Shown here: positions 49,658 through 58,039 of the stretch, one piece after another | How the letters are laid out: each line of letters begins with the position of its first letter | Numbering within the stretch: the first letter of the stretch is position 1 | DNA from: Acidobacteriota bacterium | Lineage (GTDB): Bacteria; Acidobacteriota; Terriglobia; UBA7540 | Reading direction: 5' to 3' | Length of the DNA stretch: 64,000 nucleotides | Assembly: GCA_021817045.1 (NCBI GenBank) | Contig: JAKAWG010000001.1 | Location: 3,739 to 67,738, forward strand | Translations under genes and position numbers: made by a program | The notes under the pieces: model-generated | Told to the model about the DNA's origin: nothing | Database searches by the model: none | What the model saw: only the letters and a program-made list of their open reading frames with translations

Positions 49658-50188
49658 CTACTTAATCACCCGAAGCCGGCAAAAAATGTTCCTCGCGGGA
49701 AAAATCCACGCCAGGTGTTTTTCATAAAACTCAGGAGAGAGCGCCGCAGCCAGTCGCCCGAAGTTGTCGAGCAGTAAGTTGCCGCCAAACGTCAGGCGTC
49801 GCTCAAGAATCTCAAATCCACCGGCGCCATACGTAAAGTTTTCAAAGGCGTCGCGCGCAAAGTAATCAAAGCTATGGAGGCCCAGGTGGAAAAGGTGTGT
49901 CGGATCTGTGTACGAATCCGGCGAGCTGTAGTGGGGCGTTACGACTACGACTTCGGTGCCGGGCTTAGCAATGCGATGAACCTCGCGCATGGCCCCCCAA
50001 ATATCCCTCTGATGCTCAAGGAAGTGCGAGAGATAAATCTTATCAGAAGCATTAGACCGAATAGGCCAGGGAAAGTGGCCAAGTTCACACCGAATATCCG
50101 CGCTGGATCCTTTCTCCCGGTCGAGGCCAATGGCTCCGGGTTCCTGCTTGTTCGTTCCGCAGCCGACGTCAAGAATCAGCATGGCCAT
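49658..50188 (-). CDS. class I SAM-dependent methyltransferase
   Basis: It has the motif I sequence ILDVGCG and a short Methyltransf_11-like layout (176 aa). Confidence 0.7.
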   Translation of the reverse strand: MAMLILDVGCGTNKQEPGAIGLDREKGSSADIRCELGHFPWPIRSNASDKIYLSHFLEHQRDIWGAMREVHRIAKPGTEVVVVTPHYSSPDSYTDPTHLFHLGLHSFDYFARDAFENFTYGAGGFEILERRLTFGGNLLLDNFGRLAAALSPEFYEKHLAWIFPARNIFCRLRVIK

Positions 50189-50249
50189 GGACGGTTCAGA
50201 TAAGAACCAGACTCCGACGAATTCCTAACATCACGGCCTCCGTGCAACT

Positions 50250-50650
50250 TCCTGCGCCGCATCGTTTACTTCGATGCCGAGAAGGAGTCGCGACTGATTT
50301 TTCTCACCCACAATTTTCTTCTGCTCCCGCTCACCATCGCCCAATGGTATCGGGCCCGTTGGCAAGGGGAGTTGTTCTTCCGCTGGATCAAACAGCACCT
50401 TCACATCAAAGCTTTCTACGGCAACTCGGTCAACGCCGTGAAGACTCAAGTGTGGGTCGCCCTCTCGGTCTACCTGTTGGTGGCGATCCTGAAAAAGCAA
50501 CTCGGGCTGCAGCAGAGCCTCTATCAAATTCTGCAAATTCTCAGCGTTACAATTTTCGAAAAAATCGCACTTTCACAGGGTTTCTTTAACGTCGCGGATG
50601 AAATTGAAAGTCTCGCAGTCGCTAAGCAGTTGAATCTATTCGAGTTTTAA
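50250..50650 (+). pseudogene. IS4-family (ISVsa5-like) transposase, C-terminal fragment only
   Basis: The in-frame translation is ...RRIVYFDAEKESRLIFLTHNFLLLPLTIAQWYRARWQGELFFRWIKQHLHIKAFYGNSVNAVKTQVWVALSVYLLVAILKK... This is the YREK-containing C-terminal end of IS4 transposases. There is no start codon and no N-terminal two-thirds. Confidence 0.8.
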
Positions 50651-50797
50651 CCGGACAGTACTGATTGAAAATACAAAACTTAGCGTCTTCTGTGTTGATT
50701 GCTGACGATCCCAAGCTATTGATTCTACGCGAACCAATTTCAGCCGTCCGTTAATGGACTCTTATTGGACTCTGAGTTTCGAAGCGGACTCGACTCG

Positions 50798-51022
50798 TTA
50801 CAGCCGGTCGGGTTGGGTCGGCTCAGTAGGGGGAATCTTCGCCATCACGCGTCGAAACTTCTCATAGCTGCCTCGCGCGACCCTTTCTTTCAGCCGCTCG
50901 AATTCAAGAATGCGCTCTTCAAATGCTGAAGCAAACAACTCCTCCACAGAAACGTTCTCTGCGGCGGCAATCTGCTTTGCGCTCTCGTACAATTGTTCCG
51001 GGATGTTGATGGTTAGGTTCAT
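50798..51022 (-). CDS. ribbon-helix-helix-type antitoxin-like protein downstream of the PIN gene
   Basis: The 74-aa product begins MNLTINIPEQLYESAKQIAAAENVSVEELF, a beta strand plus helix typical of RHH. Its ATG overlaps the PIN stop (ATGA). Confidence 0.55.
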   Translation of the reverse strand: MNLTINIPEQLYESAKQIAAAENVSVEELFASAFEERILEFERLKERVARGSYEKFRRVMAKIPPTEPTQPDRL

Positions 51023-51438
51023 TGGTGGCCTCCCACGAGCGCCAGCATCTCTCTGGGGCTGATCACTCGAATACCGAACTGCGCAGCCTCCGCAAAATGC
51101 CTGGCATTGAACGTGACAATCGTAGCCTCCGTTCGCACCGCTAATTCCAGAATACGATCATCATCCGGGTCAGACAATGCTGGCCGCCATCGGAAGTAAA
51201 TCTGCACCAGGTTGGACCGGCTGCAAAGATATTCAAGGAAATCGTCCATATCTTGCAACGTCAAGCCCATTTCTGGAAGCGATCGTTTCAGAACTGCCTC
51301 GTATTCGAACGCGAGCGCCGGTGAAATAACAGGCCGCCACCGCTCCTGCTCAAGCGTTTGCAGCAACCGATACGAAGACCCGAGGCTTGAGCGGAAGGCG
51401 GCGACCAAGATATTGGTATCGAGCACGATCTCAATCAC
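51019..51438 (-). CDS. PIN-domain toxin (VapC-like)
   Basis: IVLDTNILVAA at the N terminus, and later DPDDDRILELAV. It is 139 aa with a GTG start. Confidence 0.8.
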   Translation of the reverse strand: MIEIVLDTNILVAAFRSSLGSSYRLLQTLEQERWRPVISPALAFEYEAVLKRSLPEMGLTLQDMDDFLEYLCSRSNLVQIYFRWRPALSDPDDDRILELAVRTEATIVTFNARHFAEAAQFGIRVISPREMLALVGGHQ

Positions 51439-51476
51439 TTTTTGCAGTCCGCCAAGCGTGAGTCCGCCTGTTGAGC

Positions 51477-51753
51477 CTAAACGGGCCGGCCGTAGTCCCT
51501 TTCCCTCTCAGAGTTCAACTCCGCGCCTGCCAGCGGAGATCCCGTCAGGAATTGCGCCAAGTTTTTCCGTTAGGGTACGTCTTTTCCCTTGCGCTCCTTC
51601 CCTTTCAATGCAGCAAGCGCGTGATCGAGCACTTTATCCGGGCTTCGGAAGTACCGCCTCCATTTCCGCCCGGATGATCCGTTGCTGTTCGGGTTTGAGA
51701 GTGATTGTCACTGCTTCATCCCATTCTATCCCTTTCGGTGTCCCTGACCCCAT
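51477..51753 (-). pseudogene. disrupted ParD/RHH-like antitoxin gene upstream of the PIN toxin
   Basis: Frame a reads MGSGTPKGIEWDEAVTITLKPEQQRIIRAEMEA. The family-like continuation GRYFRSPDKVLDHALAALKGKE is in another frame. An in-frame TAA then precedes RKNLAQFLTGSPLAGAELNSERERDYGRPV. This comes from my hand translation. Confidence 0.45.
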
Positions 51754-51870
51754 GACATCACATGCTGGCAGCTCGTCCGCCGGAGAGCAAGGCAGAATGT
51801 GCCCTTCTTTTGGCCCTGGACCACATGAAGCGGAATGCCGCCGTCAGGCACGTGTTAAGGCGGAGGTAAG

Positions 51871-51908
51871 GGCTGGCCAACATCCGGTTGGCCAGCCGCC
51901 GTTTTTGG
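51871..51908. terminator. strong hairpin with T-run (plus-strand sense) just beyond the 813-aa gene stop
   Basis: GGCTGGCCAA(C) pairs with (G)TTGGCCAGCC, a 10-11 bp perfect stem, and is followed by GCCGTTTTTGG on the plus strand. On the minus strand an A-run precedes it. Confidence 0.5.
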
Positions 51909-51914
51909 CGGGCA

Positions 51915-54356
51915 TTACACAGGCCCACGGAGATTTCCCTTCTCTTTGTCCACTGTGAGCATTCGAGCCTCAGCCAAGTCAATGCGGGCCTTGTGGCCGT
52001 GCTTTTGCAACAGGTACAAGAGCTCGCTGCCATTCAACAGCGTAATGGGTTTTCCTTTCGCGAACTCGTAGGCGTCGGGTCCGTAGTCCGCCGTGGTCAC
52101 GAGGATTCCCTTGTTTGCGCCCTCGTTGAGGATCGTGCCATAGAGATCACGGACCGCCGAAACGCTCACGGTGTCCGTGTACCGCTTGGCCTGGATAACG
52201 ATTTTCCCGCCTCGAATCGAGTCGGGGTCAAAAGCAACCGCGTCCACGCCGTGGTCGCGGCTGGCGCGCGTGATCTTCACCTCGCCGCCATCCCCGCTGA
52301 ATTCCTTTTCGAAAATGTCCCTGATCAGTTGCTCGAAATCCTCCCAGTCCATGGCGGCAAGATTTGTTGAAGTGTCGAGTGCGTCCACGACGGGCCGCGC
52401 ACTTATGAAACGCTTGTCGTACCGATTCATTTGGAGGATCGGCCTAACCGCAGAAATCGCCGCAAGCTTTGCGCCAGAAATGCCCTTCAGCTTTCTGAAG
52501 CAGGCTTTCGGGTCAACGCGGGCAAGATCGATCTCGAGGAACTCCTGCTTCCCTGCTTGCACGGTTAGAACACACGGGTTGATGTTCTTCCCTGTCGCCT
52601 TGTCGGTTGACTCAACCCACCCGTTGAAAACGACGGAGTCAATGGCGCTTGCCTCGTCCCATCGCAGAAGTTCATAGATCGTTCGCAGTGCGACCTGGTA
52701 GAGAACGGAATCATACATTTCTTCCAGCCAGCCGCGGGCGGTTGGAGCGGACTCGACCTTATGTCCAGCCGCCACATACTTATAGCCCCTTGTGGAGGAA
52801 AAGTTTTCAATCTGCGGCAGAGTGTAATCAACGATGATCGTACGGGTCTCAGCAACGTAGTCCAACTCGAAGCTCCGGGGAAATGTATCAGGATGCTCCG
52901 AGGCCGCAATCACGTTGCTAAAGGGATGGCAGCCGACAACGCCGGCCCTGGATGCGACCAAGGTGGGGTACGCCGAGGTCGCGAGGAGCTCCCGGCAGTA
53001 CGCTGTGACCGCATCGGGCTCGCAGCGCTTGTAACGCATCTTCTGCCCTTCGGCGAGGCAGGTCTGTTCTCTGAGCCATTCTTTTTCCCCTGCTTCCCAG
53101 TCGGCCTTCTTCGCCTCGTACTGAGCCGCAGCCGCCTCCCAGTCGGCAAGCTCGCGCGAGTACCTTTCCGCCTTCTCCCGATTTCTGCCTTCAATTTCAG
53201 CTTTCAGGCGCTCCCACTCCGTATGCGCAGCATCGAATCGCTCCGCAGATTCGGCAACCCTCTGCTTCCGCACGCGCGGGATCAGATAATCTGCGAAAGT
53301 TGCAAGCGTGATATACGATTCGCGTTTAGGCTCTGCAGGTATAGGCTCCGGGTCGCCCGGTGGTGGCGGCTCTGGAGGTGCTTCCGGAGGAGGCACTGGG
53401 TAAGTAGAAACTTCTCTGGGTTTCGAGTCAATCGCCCGCTTAGCGGATATTCCATCTGGAAGAATTGAATCCAGGACAGCCAGTTCTTGCCGCGCTTGCT
53501 CCGTCAACCACTCTGCAAGGTGCCTTAGCCGGTCTTTCTCGGACGCGGCAACGGCTGCCTTGATAACCTGGTTGAACTCTTCTATCTCACGCGACCCCTG
53601 CTGCGCGACCTGCCCAACCTCCTCGAAGAGCCGCTTTTTCTCGGCTAGGGCGACCGTCGGCCCGAAAGCCCGGTTGAACTCTTTCGTTCCCCGCGATACC
53701 CGGTCCAGGACGTCTCCGGCTGCGGCAGCGTCCGCCTCGACTTCCGCGTCCCAGGCCTTCATGCGCTCCGCGGCCTTCCGCTCGGCGTCCTCCACCAACC
53801 CCAGCATCATCTCCGCGAATTTCTCAACCGATGGAATCAAATCCGCGCGTGTCGATTCGAGGATTTCAAGGCCTTTCATGTTGCCGTGGGTGACCTGGCT
53901 CAATTCGTGGTAAGTCTGTTCAAGCTTCTTAATGCCTCCGCTGCCCACGGGTATTTTCCAGTGCTCAATATATCGCTTCGCCGTGCGCACCAAGCTTTTC
54001 GGAGAGCTTCCTTTGTCCAGCTCCTCTTCGGAAGCGGGGTACGCCACAAATAGACAGTTGAGGCAGTAGTCCGCGAAGGGGCGAAGGTGAACGAGGGCAG
54101 CGCGCTTCCGTCCGGCGTGGATGTCGGACATGAGGGACTTATGGAGCTCCGTGGCAACCTCTCTGTATTTCCGAACGATATCACCACGTCTGTAAAGCCG
54201 CGCCAGCCGGTTTGCGGGGTAAGCTCGCGGTAAACCTGCGTATCTGTAGTCGAGCCAGTTCATGCGCCGGATAATAACACGGGAGCGGGTAGCCACGGCA
54301 CCGGTTTTGTGCAGTGGGGTTGGGGGTGTATAAAATTGTGCGGGTCGCGCATTCAC
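51915..54356 (-). CDS. large coiled-coil protein with C-terminal Mrr-type restriction endonuclease domain
   Basis: The C terminus reads WEDFEQLIRDIFEKEF...RASRDHGVDAVAF...GGKIVIQAKRY...GILVTTADYG, a Mrr_cat-like PD-(D/E)xK pattern. The middle is proline-rich and coiled-coil. The N-terminal start is uncertain (alternative ATG at 54263). Confidence 0.8.
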   Translation of the reverse strand: MNARPAQFYTPPTPLHKTGAVATRSRVIIRRMNWLDYRYAGLPRAYPANRLARLYRRGDIVRKYREVATELHKSLMSDIHAGRKRAALVHLRPFADYCLNCLFVAYPASEEELDKGSSPKSLVRTAKRYIEHWKIPVGSGGIKKLEQTYHELSQVTHGNMKGLEILESTRADLIPSVEKFAEMMLGLVEDAERKAAERMKAWDAEVEADAAAAGDVLDRVSRGTKEFNRAFGPTVALAEKKRLFEEVGQVAQQGSREIEEFNQVIKAAVAASEKDRLRHLAEWLTEQARQELAVLDSILPDGISAKRAIDSKPREVSTYPVPPPEAPPEPPPPGDPEPIPAEPKRESYITLATFADYLIPRVRKQRVAESAERFDAAHTEWERLKAEIEGRNREKAERYSRELADWEAAAAQYEAKKADWEAGEKEWLREQTCLAEGQKMRYKRCEPDAVTAYCRELLATSAYPTLVASRAGVVGCHPFSNVIAASEHPDTFPRSFELDYVAETRTIIVDYTLPQIENFSSTRGYKYVAAGHKVESAPTARGWLEEMYDSVLYQVALRTIYELLRWDEASAIDSVVFNGWVESTDKATGKNINPCVLTVQAGKQEFLEIDLARVDPKACFRKLKGISGAKLAAISAVRPILQMNRYDKRFISARPVVDALDTSTNLAAMDWEDFEQLIRDIFEKEFSGDGGEVKITRASRDHGVDAVAFDPDSIRGGKIVIQAKRYTDTVSVSAVRDLYGTILNEGANKGILVTTADYGPDAYEFAKGKPITLLNGSELLYLLQKHGHKARIDLAEARMLTVDKEKGNLRGPV

Positions 54357-54439
54357 CCCCTGCTCACCATGAGGCGGGTGGCGCAGACTTTCGCTTCTTG
54401 AAACTCTGACGCGGCACTTTTCCGGGGGCGGACAAGAAT

Positions 54440-54658
54440 ATGAGGAAAAAGATCGTCAAGCGCACACTGGTGAACGCGCACTGGAAGGATTCGGGGTACC
54501 CGCCCTTATATCAGTTGCATTACAGGGTGGAAACGGTCGCCGCCCGGCTTGCCGAGCGCCAAGAGAGGGGGTGGGTTCCACTCAAGCGACACGTGGATGA
54601 ACTCTTCGACATTTCAACCAAGCTCAAAGCGCTGGACATGGCGCGGGGGCGGTGCTAA
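54440..54658 (+). CDS. hypothetical small protein (72 aa)
   Basis: ATG-initiated ORF divergent from the Mrr-like gene. No recognisable family, and coding status is uncertain. Confidence 0.25.
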   Translation: MRKKIVKRTLVNAHWKDSGYPPLYQLHYRVETVAARLAERQERGWVPLKRHVDELFDISTKLKALDMARGRC

Positions 54659-54664
54659 CCACTT

Positions 54665-55090
54665 TGCGCAATCGGGGCCTTCACCTCAGAACAGGTTGGC
54701 CTGCTGGGCAGGGACGGATGCGGGGCGGGCGGTTTCGGCGCTTCGCTTCCCGATCATTCGGTCCAACACCCCGCTGAACGGCCTCGCCGACCGGTAACCG
54801 ACGCCAACGCTTATCTCTCCGTGGCAGCCAGCCTCGCCTCAGGCCTTTACGGAATTGAAAAGCGTTTGGAACCGCCTCAGCCCACAGCGAACGCCTATGA
54901 AGCTGAAGCTCCGTCCTTACCCAGGAGCCTGGGGGAAGCTACCGGCTTGTTCCATCAGAGCACGGCTGCGAAAGAGTACTTTGGAGAAGAGTTCGTTGAA
55001 CATTACTCGGCCACGCGGGAATGGGAACTGGGCCAGTTCCGACGCGCAGTTACGGACTGGGAGCTTGAACGCTACTTTGAAGTAATCTAG
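54665..55090 (+). pseudogene. glutamine synthetase-family gene remnant (C-terminal part, frameshifted)
   Basis: Frame 0 gives ...NRLACWAGTDAGRAVSALRFP.... After a frame change near 54790 the sequence reads TDANAYLSVAASLASGLYGIEKRLEPP...LPRSLGEATGLF...VTDWELERYFEVI. This matches the GS C-terminal domain. There is no N-terminal two-thirds. Confidence 0.7.
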
Positions 55091-55118
55091 CGCCGACTCA
55101 AACTCTCATTGACTCAGT

Positions 55119-56309
55119 TTGAAAGCGATGACGCAGGAGAGTATCCCAATGGATCGCGAAATTTCAAATTTTTCTTTTCCCACTCGAATCCTTTTTGGCG
55201 CCGGAGCACTCAGTGAGCTGAGCGCAGAAATCGGACGCCTGGGCGTGAAGCGGCCCTTGCTGGTGACCGACAAAGGCATCGTTGAATCCTCGCTCGCAGA
55301 CCGGGCTATAGCCGCGGCAAAACCTTCGACAGTGGTGATCTACGATGGGGTTAGTCCAAATCCCACCGAAGAGAACGTGTTCGACGGCCTTGCACGGTAT
55401 CGTGGTGAGCGTTGCGACGCGATCATTGGACTGGGTGGAGGCAGCTCGATCGATGCCGCCAAGGCAATTCGGCTGGGCGCAACTCATCCTCCGCCGCTTG
55501 AACAATACGATGACCAGTTGAACGGGGCCGAAAAAATAGGCCCTAATCTTCCTCCGATGATCGCCATCGCGACGACTTCAGGGACCGGAAGCGAAGTCGG
55601 GCGCAGCACGGTCATTATTCTAAAAAGTACGGATAGGAAAACCGTCATTTTCAGTCCTTACTTGATTCCCAACAGCGCGATTGCCGATCCAGAGCTCACG
55701 ATGGGACTTCCCATGAAGTTGACCGCAGGGACGGGACTGGACGCCCTCGCGCATAATATCGAGGCTTATCTTTCGAAGGGTTACCACCCGATGTGCGACG
55801 CGATTGCGCTCGAAGGCGTGCGCCTCTGCATCCGGCACCTTCCTGCGGCCGTGCGTAACGGCAAAAATTTGGAGGCGCGCACCGGAATGATGGCGTCCTC
55901 GATGATGGGGGCCGTTGCCTTTCAGAAGGGTTTGGGAGCGGTACATTCACTCTCGCACCCGCTCTCCAGCGTGGCTGGTCTTCACCATGGTACAACCAAT
56001 GGCATTTTGCTGGCTCATGTCATGGAATTCAATCGCTCAACCTGTGAGGAACGACTGCGTGATCTTGCACTGGCAATGAACCTTAAGATTTGGGACTCGC
56101 CTGTTCCCGAAGCCGCCTCGGCTGCGATCCAACGAGTCCAAGGTTTGCTGACAGAAATTGGCAGTCCGTACCGTTTGAGCACTCTAGGCATCAGCCGCGA
56201 GATGATTCCCATGCTGGCAAAGAAAGCGATGGAGGATGCGTGCCACCGTCTCAATCCCCGGCCTTGTAGCGAGGCGGATATGGTGGAACTCTATATGCGA
56301 GCGCTATGA
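55119..56309 (+). CDS. iron-containing (group III) alcohol dehydrogenase
   Basis: GLGGGSSIDAAKA, TTSGTGSEV and the His-rich metal site (HNIEAY..., HSLSHP...HG). Confidence 0.85.
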   Translation: MKAMTQESIPMDREISNFSFPTRILFGAGALSELSAEIGRLGVKRPLLVTDKGIVESSLADRAIAAAKPSTVVIYDGVSPNPTEENVFDGLARYRGERCDAIIGLGGGSSIDAAKAIRLGATHPPPLEQYDDQLNGAEKIGPNLPPMIAIATTSGTGSEVGRSTVIILKSTDRKTVIFSPYLIPNSAIADPELTMGLPMKLTAGTGLDALAHNIEAYLSKGYHPMCDAIALEGVRLCIRHLPAAVRNGKNLEARTGMMASSMMGAVAFQKGLGAVHSLSHPLSSVAGLHHGTTNGILLAHVMEFNRSTCEERLRDLALAMNLKIWDSPVPEAASAAIQRVQGLLTEIGSPYRLSTLGISREMIPMLAKKAMEDACHRLNPRPCSEADMVELYMRAL

Positions 56310-56704
56310 GAAGGCAGACGGACGTGCCGGAGATCATGCGCTAGGACAACCCCGCCAACCAAAATCCAGCCAAAATACTGCAGATAGGGTGAGATTTTTA
56401 ACGATTCGCACACGATTCACGGCGTGGGGACGTTCAAGTTTTTGCACCGGCATCTGGACTGGGGTGAGAACTAGCGGAGGGTGAACGTGGCTGGGGAGGC
56501 GATGTCAAAAACGAATGTATCTGATCTAATCATGATATTTGACACTCTCAGGGTGTTAGGTGAAGGTACTAGGATAAGGGGCTCTAGAAGGTTGAGAGGG
56601 TTGGGGAAACAGTTGGTTTCGTCACGCTGGGTGCAGCGAAGTATCCGCGTCACATACTGAGGTGCGAGGGGTTCGGTTTCCTCCCCTGGGGAATATTTTC
56701 ATCG

Positions 56705-57901
56705 ATGAAAGTGACTGACATCAAGACGCGATTGCTGAATCTGAATTTTCGCAACGCAGTGGTGGTGCGGGTGGAGACGGACGAAGGGGTGGTGGGGATA
56801 TCCGAGACGGTGATGAAGCGGAAGACGCACACGATTGAGCGGTCGATTCTGGAGTTGAAGCGGTATCTGGAGGGGAAGGACCCGACGGAGGTAGAGAGCC
56901 ACTGGGAGAAGATGTATCGGGACTCGTTCTGGGTGGGTGGGCCCATGCACAGCACGGCGATCAGCGCGGTGGACTGTGCGCTGTGGGACATAGTGGGGAA
57001 AGTGAGCGGGCTTCCTATATATAAACTGTTTGGGGGGCCGACGCGGCCACGGGTGCCGGTCTACTGTCACTGTTCGGCGGGGGGGACGCCGGAGGCTTTT
57101 GCAAAGAACGTGAAGGCGTGCCAGGGACGGGGGTATGAGGCGATAAAGACGACGCTGCCGCTGTTTTACGGTGGGCTGCAGGAGGGGAAGAGCAGGCGGG
57201 TGGAGGGGCACGGGTATTCGGGGACGAACGGGGTGATCAGTGCGACGTGGAAGGAGACGGAGTATCTGAGTCCTTCGGTGTTCAGCCGGGTGCGGGAATT
57301 TTTTCTGGCGGCGCGGGAAGCGGGGGGACCGGAGTTGGGGATTGGGGTGGATTGCCACGGGCGGTTGAGCTCGAAAGCGGCGCTGAAGTTATGCCGGGTA
57401 TTGGAGGATGTGGGTTTGATGTTTGTGGAGGAGCCGGTGCCGCCGGAGAGCGTGGAGGGGTTGTGCCTGGTGCAGCGGGAGACGTCGATTCCGATCGCGG
57501 CTGGGGAGCGATGGGCGACGATTTACGGGGTGCGGCCGTTTGTGGAGAAGCAGGCGGTGGACTTGTTGCAATGTGACCTGGTGAACTGCGGGGGGTATAC
57601 GGGGATGAAGAAGATCGCGGCGCTGGCCGAGGCTCACTACATTGGGATGGCGCCCCATAATCCGAACGGTCCTTTGGCCACGGTGATGAACCTGCACTAC
57701 GCGGCGGCGATACCGAACTTCTTTATTTTGGAGACGATTGGTTCCGAGGCGGAGGCGGAGTTGGCGGCGGAGATTTTGGACAAGCCTCCGAAGCGATGTG
57801 GGGGAGAACTGCTACTGCCTGAGGGGCCCGGGATCGGGGTGGAGTTGAATGAGGCGGCGATGGACCGTCGTCCTTATGAAGTCCGCGAAGGCTGGCGGTA
57901 G
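56705..57901 (+). CDS. enolase-superfamily dehydratase (D-galactonate dehydratase-like)
   Basis: MKVTDIKT...VRVETDEGVVGISE...AISAVDCALWDIVGKVSGLPIYKLFGG closely follows the DgoD/mandelate-racemase N-terminal pattern. An MFS sugar-acid-type transporter follows. Confidence 0.85.
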   Translation: MKVTDIKTRLLNLNFRNAVVVRVETDEGVVGISETVMKRKTHTIERSILELKRYLEGKDPTEVESHWEKMYRDSFWVGGPMHSTAISAVDCALWDIVGKVSGLPIYKLFGGPTRPRVPVYCHCSAGGTPEAFAKNVKACQGRGYEAIKTTLPLFYGGLQEGKSRRVEGHGYSGTNGVISATWKETEYLSPSVFSRVREFFLAAREAGGPELGIGVDCHGRLSSKAALKLCRVLEDVGLMFVEEPVPPESVEGLCLVQRETSIPIAAGERWATIYGVRPFVEKQAVDLLQCDLVNCGGYTGMKKIAALAEAHYIGMAPHNPNGPLATVMNLHYAAAIPNFFILETIGSEAEAELAAEILDKPPKRCGGELLLPEGPGIGVELNEAAMDRRPYEVREGWR

Positions 57902-58039
57902 GACACCGCGCACCCTGCTCGGAGAAGTTCCGTCCCTCGCACGCTTACACCCGCCTAGATCACACACTGGCCCTGCCTTGTCACCAGAAACTCAGAATTA
58001 TTCCTGCCTTACCCACGTATACCACTGACCGGAAGGATC

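Noticed and set aside
51212-51958. 248-aa plus-strand ORF spanning the PIN gene antisense strand and the spacer
   Set aside because: It has a Ser/Pro/Arg-rich, low-complexity translation and no start context. The region is better explained by the minus-strand PIN gene and antitoxin remnant.
56699-57358. 219-aa Pro/Arg-rich minus-strand ORF
   Set aside because: It is a direct consequence of the G-ending codon bias of the dehydratase gene on the opposite strand. The repetitive PRRP-like composition shows no domain.
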